DNA of 63,305 nucleotides, the filler included, from Folioceros fuciformis (taxonomy: Eukaryota), in NCBI GenBank assembly GCA_049999805.1. It is 7 parts of 7 records of this genome, joined end to end, with 100 filler letters (N's around TTAATTAATTAA, not from the genome) between each part and the next. Parts side by side here need not be neighbours in the genome. Positions count along the whole stretch, not along the records: positions 47,883 to 59,170 come from JBNGIO010004469.1; positions 59,271 to 63,305 come from JBNGIO010004482.1; 5 more parts are not named here. One strand, 5' to 3'. The notes under the pieces were generated by a model, which worked only from the letters and a program-made list of their open reading frames with translations, was not told where the DNA came from and ran no database searches. Position 1 is the first letter of the stretch. Every line of letters starts with the position of its first letter. Of the stretch, positions 58,837 to 63,305 are shown one piece after another. The translations under genes and the position numbers were made by a program.

Positions 58837-59805
58837 GGCAACCTACTTAGGGAAGAAGGGATCAAGGCGGGTGATCAAGCCGCGCAAGACCTTCTTCAGT
58901 AAGTGCTTGGACAAGGAGGATTAGGTTGCTGAAAGTTATGTGCTTGAAATCGTGGTTGTTCTTTCTTACGGTGTATTGTCTCCAGCGAGACCTTGTTGGG
59001 CACAGAATTCAGGGGTCATCCAACGTGATGGCTGCTGGATCCTGAGCCCAATTGAAGGTCTCGCCAGGGGTAATTACAACGTAGGTTGAGTGCTCTACAG
59101 GCATCTAATGTTGCAGGTCCGAAAGTCGCGACGCTTCAAAGTTGGGGCGTCCATACGACAGAGCACAGCCNNNNNNNNNNNNNNNNNNNNNNNNNNNNNN
59201 NNNNNNNNNNNNNNTTAATTAATTAANNNNNNNNNNNNNNNNNNNNNNNNNNNNNNNNNNNNNNNNNNNNAGGGATAGAGCATCCCAGGCCGGTTCTATT
59301 CAAGGAAGGAAGGGTGCGGTGACTGAAGAGCTTCTTGCCAAGCGCACAATAGCGGCTGCTGCTTCCTTTCTCAGTGTCGCCGTCGAGGATGATCAGGTGG
59401 TGGAAGCGTGTCGTGAACTTGTGACGTCCCCTGAGATGCAGGCCGCCTTGCATGTTGGTGACCGGGTGGATGGAAGGAAAACCAGTGCCCTTGTTGCCGG
59501 GACTGGGGTGGAGCAGTGGGCATGCATGGAAGGAGAAACAATGGAGGTCACCGCCATTGCTACACTGCCGGGTCTGTCTCCCCAGGGGCTCAGCCCCCAG
59601 GGTGCGATGGAGATACCTCCTTCGGGGGTCAGCCAGGGGCTGGAATCCGGAGAGCTCTCAAGGGTGGTGGATGCAGATCATTTTAGGGGTTCAGAGGAGG
59701 AATGTCCCTAGGGCTTCAGGAGAAAGGAGAGCCAAGAGGGAATCTCTCAGGGAGGGGAAGGCTTGGGGGCTGGTTACCTCCCTAAAACAGTGCTGGTGGA
59801 TGTGG

Positions 59806-60452
59806 AGTGATGTCCTGCACCCAAGAACGACCCAAGGGCCACACATCCCCTTCTTCTGTTGCAATCTTGTGGTTCGCTCCCAAGGGAGTGAACTAGTGCC
59901 AAGGAACGCTACCTATCACACTTCTACCTATCAGCCGGTCTATAGGCCTGACCATACACTCACAACAAAAAGGCTAGAAGCCTAGCCTATCCCCGAAGTC
60001 AGCTCACACATCTCACACTCCTGTTCTTCAGTCCTTCAGCCCTTCATGATTCCCACTTCAGTCCTTTCTCCTCCACCTCAGCTCTTCAAGATTCTCACTT
60101 CAGTCCCTTCCTCTTCACTTCAGTCCTCCACCCTTCACTNNNNNNNNNNNNNNNNNNNNNNNNNNNNNNNNNNNNNNNNNNNNNNNNNNNNNNNNNNNNN
60201 NNNNNNNNNNNNNNNNNNNNNNNNNNNNNNNNNNNNNNNAGGATTGGATAGCCCTCCAGCTCACGGTCCTGTTTCTTCACTTCAGCCAACCTGCGAATCA
60301 TGCAGCCCTTGCGGATCCGGCCACACGGATCTTGACAGTCTTGGGATCTCCACGTTCCCCTAGTGGCAAGGGAAATCAGGACCTTGGTTTGATCTCAACC
60401 GGCTCAGCGCACTAAGCCAGGAGTTCTGCACACAAGGTCCGGGGACATCACA
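59806..60452 (-). mobile_element. Putative LTR of a second (likely Ty3/gypsy-type) element whose interior lies to the right
   Basis: Terminal inverted repeats AGTGATGTCC (59806) and GGACATCACA (ends 60452). Minus-strand purine tract AAGGGAGGGGCGG (~60458-60472) lies just before TGTGATGTCCCC. No TSD, as expected for a non-solo LTR. Confidence 0.5.
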
Positions 60453-60559
60453 CCGTAGACCGCCCCTCCCTTAATGGCAGGTCTCCCTTCTTATACCGCC
60501 TAGCCCTCGTCTCTGTCTACTAGGGTTAACCTGAGTCAACTACTTGACCATCTCTCTCT

Positions 60560-61030
60560 CTGACCTAAACCATCCTACATCCGGTTCTGACCTAAACCTA
60601 ACCTAGGTGTGACCTAAACCTAACCTACCTCTGACCTAACCCTAACCTAGGTCTGACCTAGACCTAACCCTAATCTAGGCCTACCTAGACCTAACCTAGG
60701 TCTGACCTAAACCTAACCTAGGCCTGACCTAGACTTAGCCTAGGTCTGACCTAAACCTAACCTAGGTCTGACCTAGACCTAACCCTAATCTAGGCCTGCC
60801 TAGACCTAACCTAGGTCTGACCTAAACCTAACCTAGGCCTGACCTAGACTTAGCCTAGGTCTGACCTAAACCTAACCTAGGCATGACCTAGANNNNNNNN
60901 NNNNNNNNNNNNNNNNNNNNNNNNNNNNNNNNNNNNNNNNNNNNNNNNNNNNNNNNNNNNNNNNNNNNNNNNNNNNNNNNNNNNNNNNNNNNAGACCTAA
61001 CCCCAACCAAGAACCCTAACTCTAACCTAC
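60560..61030. repeat. Telomere-like ~22-bp satellite GACCTAAACCTAACCTAGGTCT with higher-order structure
   Basis: Tandem CCTAA(A)/ACCTAGGT units. A ~116-bp block recurs (~60650 and ~60766). Contains a 100-N gap. Confidence 0.9.
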
Positions 61031-61389
61031 CCTTGCTTCTAATTGCCCCTTGACACCGTTAGCTGCCCTTTGCCCCAAACTCATCAACCCTCACAACTAC
61101 CACAAATCCGGAGTGCTTCTCAACACCCTCCTCGCCTCTCTCGGGTCAGATCATCTCTTCCCCTCAGATCGTCCTGCACCCTTCAGAGACCTCCATCTTT
61201 AAGTCCCTTCCCCACTCTGCTGGCCATGTCCCGGCAAAGTTACCCACCTAGTGCCCTTGAATGAGCACTTCGTAAGCTTGGCACTGGAAGTGACAACCCA
61301 CCATTCCTGCCAACATAACCATCACTGGGCTTCCCGTGATGGTTATGGCCAGCCGCCAGGCGGCGGCCGGGCTGCCGCCTGGCGGCTGG

Positions 61390-63305
61390 CAGCAATGGCT
61401 GAGACGGCTAGCTAGCGGGATCAGGTGGCCTCCGGGGTGGATCAGGTGACAGGCCTCCGGAGGCGCTTGCGGCTTGGCCGGATCCGGAGGGGTAGCAGGC
61501 CTCTGGCAGGTGGCCGGACCCAGGCAAGCAGGAGGTCGTGCATCCAGGCTGGTGCAAGAGAATTGAACCTAGACAGGCCATGGCGGCTGAGTAGGGGCCG
61601 AGTCGTAGCGGTCCTGCGATCCACTGGCCGGGACAGAGCCAGGTAGGGGCTGGCTAGCGGGCAGGTCCTCCTTGCTAGCCGGATCTAGCCAGCTCGCAGC
61701 TAGCCAGGCGGCGGTTGTGGCAGCCTGCAGGCGGATCTGCCGGCTACCTGCCTGGCCAGATCCAGGAGGACAGGCCGGCCAGGCATGCGGTCTGGAGGGT
61801 GGCTGGGCCACCGGCGGCCCAGCTGTGCGACCAGTGGGGCTGGCCGGCTGGATGCGGCTGCGGGTGGACGGACTAGTCATGACTGCAGGCACGCAACCAG
61901 CAGGCAAGTGGCCGGCAGGCGATCTTGCAGGTGGATCCGACCAGGCAGCCGCATGGTGCAGGCCAGCTGGCTAGAGGAGACCTTGGCCGGCAGGGCGAGG
62001 AGCAGGGGGCGTCGCCAGAGCAAGTACCTGCCTAGCGGCTTGCGGGTGGCTCAGCGGGATCTGGGGCCAGCCAGGCGGGCTGCAGGCAGGGCTGGGGGGA
62101 CGATGGATCCTGCAGCCAGGTCGACTAGCTACACCATGGCCAGTCGACGGCTGGCTCGATCATGGCCAAAGCAGCTGGGCTGTAGGTAGGTGCGGCCACC
62201 GGGCTGGCTGCGATGTGGGCTAGAGGAAATTGAGGCCGGCAGGCGGATCAGCAGCTGCTGGATCTGGAATCGGCAGGCAGCTGGCTGGGGGAAGTCCAGG
62301 CCAGGGGGAATCCTGGCAGGTGGCTGGCCCAGCAGCAGCTGGTTGAGGAGTAGGCAACTGGTTGAGGAGTAGGTAGCCAGGCAAGGCTGTTTCATCCAGG
62401 AGGCGGGTAGAATCCAGGTCACAGGTATACCAAATCCAAGGAAGCAACGACGGATAAGCAGCTAAGGCGGCGGGCTGGTTGGCTGGCAAGCAGCCCGGTC
62501 GTCAATATGGGGACCGGCAGGCAGCACCCCGCCCAGCAGATTGGGCAGCAGGCAGCCAGCAGCGGCAGTGGGTGGAGTGCAACCGGGTGGTGGGCAGGAT
62601 CGATCAAGCAACATGGCGGCTGGGGAAGCCGGGCAGTGACTGGCTGCAGGAACCAAGCAGCCACGCACGCTGCCTCGCTAGATCCGGAAGGCAAGAGGCC
62701 GGTGTGTGGCCTCGGTGCAGGCGGCCTGGCGCTGAAGGCTGACTCCGTGGGGGAAGGGCTCCAGATGGCTGGGGCCGGATTCGGTCGGCCAGGGGATTAG
62801 AGGGGAGCACTGGCCTCCAGGTGACCGGTGCTCCAAGCAAGCGGGTGCCAGAATCAGTCTAGCAGACAGGCTGGTTGGTGGAGAATCTAAGCCTGGCCAG
62901 ATTGCTGGGGCTAATCGGGCCGGGGTGGCAGGATCCAGGTAACCATGCCGGTGGAATCCAAGCAGGAATGAGAAGCTCGGGCAGCCATGCGGGTGGTCGG
63001 ATTGTGACCGGTCGAAGGGCTGGCTGAATCCCGGTAGGTGGCTAGCCTAGCAACAGCTGGCTGGATCGAGGCCAGGCCTACCAAGCGGGGAGCAAGGGTG
63101 GCCCTCGTGAGACGGCTGGGGGCTGGATTCGGGAGCCACGCAGCGACCTGCGGCCTGGCTACAGGATCCTAAGCAAGAAAGTCAGCGGGATTTGGGCTGT
63201 GGTCTCAGGCGGATCCAGCTGACTGCAGATGCAAGGGAAGGTGCCTGGGCCCTGGCTAATGGTTAGCTGTCTGGATACGGGCTGCAGGGCACTAGACGAG
63301 TAGAT
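61390..63305. repeat. GC-rich, G-skewed cryptic repeat region (GGATC(C), GCTGG, GCAGG, GGCC motifs), non-coding
   Basis: Dense recurrence of short motifs. The ORFs here are low-complexity and lack domain motifs. Confidence 0.6.

Larger units (their letters stand above)
53750..59170 (-). mobile_element. Ty1/copia LTR retrotransposon; 3' LTR present, 5' LTR beyond scaffold end
   Basis: Gag-pol ORF. On the minus strand, a PPT-like ACGGGGGCG (53945-53953) is immediately followed by TGTT. Candidate 195-bp LTR 53750-53944 (TGTT...AACA) contains TATATAAA. Confidence 0.9.

Noticed and set aside
61425-62840. Many ORFs in the GC-rich terminal region
   Set aside because: Expected from stop-codon scarcity; low-complexity products in all frames.

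Overview
Eukaryotic nuclear DNA from a non-seed land plant. Short (~100 bp) introns, high gene density and a PLS-PPR with the PGxSWWTD 'WW-type' box point to a hornwort such as Anthoceros (inference). The window is not one locus. Six artificial N44-TTAATTAATTAA-N44 spacers join seven separate scaffolds (1-4685, 4786-22100, 22201-25694, 25795-38399, 38500-47782, 47883-59170, 59271-63305), so adjacency across them means nothing. Recognisable genes: 11S-globulin-like cupin (partial), APEM9-like peroxin, plastid NAD(P)-binding Rossmann protein, tandem uridine-kinase/CYTH protein, PLS-E PPR, bulb-type lectin, RS-rich RSRC1-like protein, YccV/HspQ-domain protein, PH-domain protein with a Q/P/G/Y tail, MIZ1-like protein, ATAF-type NAC factor, DnaJ-like zinc finger and a TOC159-family GTPase. 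There is also an open Ty1/copia gag-pol, a second putative LTR element, TE remnants and several satellites. Best leads: (1) an antisense 99-aa membrane-protein ORF filling the space between copia pol and its 3' LTR; (2) a MIZ1/DUF617 domain split by a ~317-aa disordered insertion; (3) a WW-type editing PPR whose DYW tail appears to be decaying; (4) a satellite-bearing LTR element with a T-shaped hairpin. No database searches were run; family calls come from recognised motifs.
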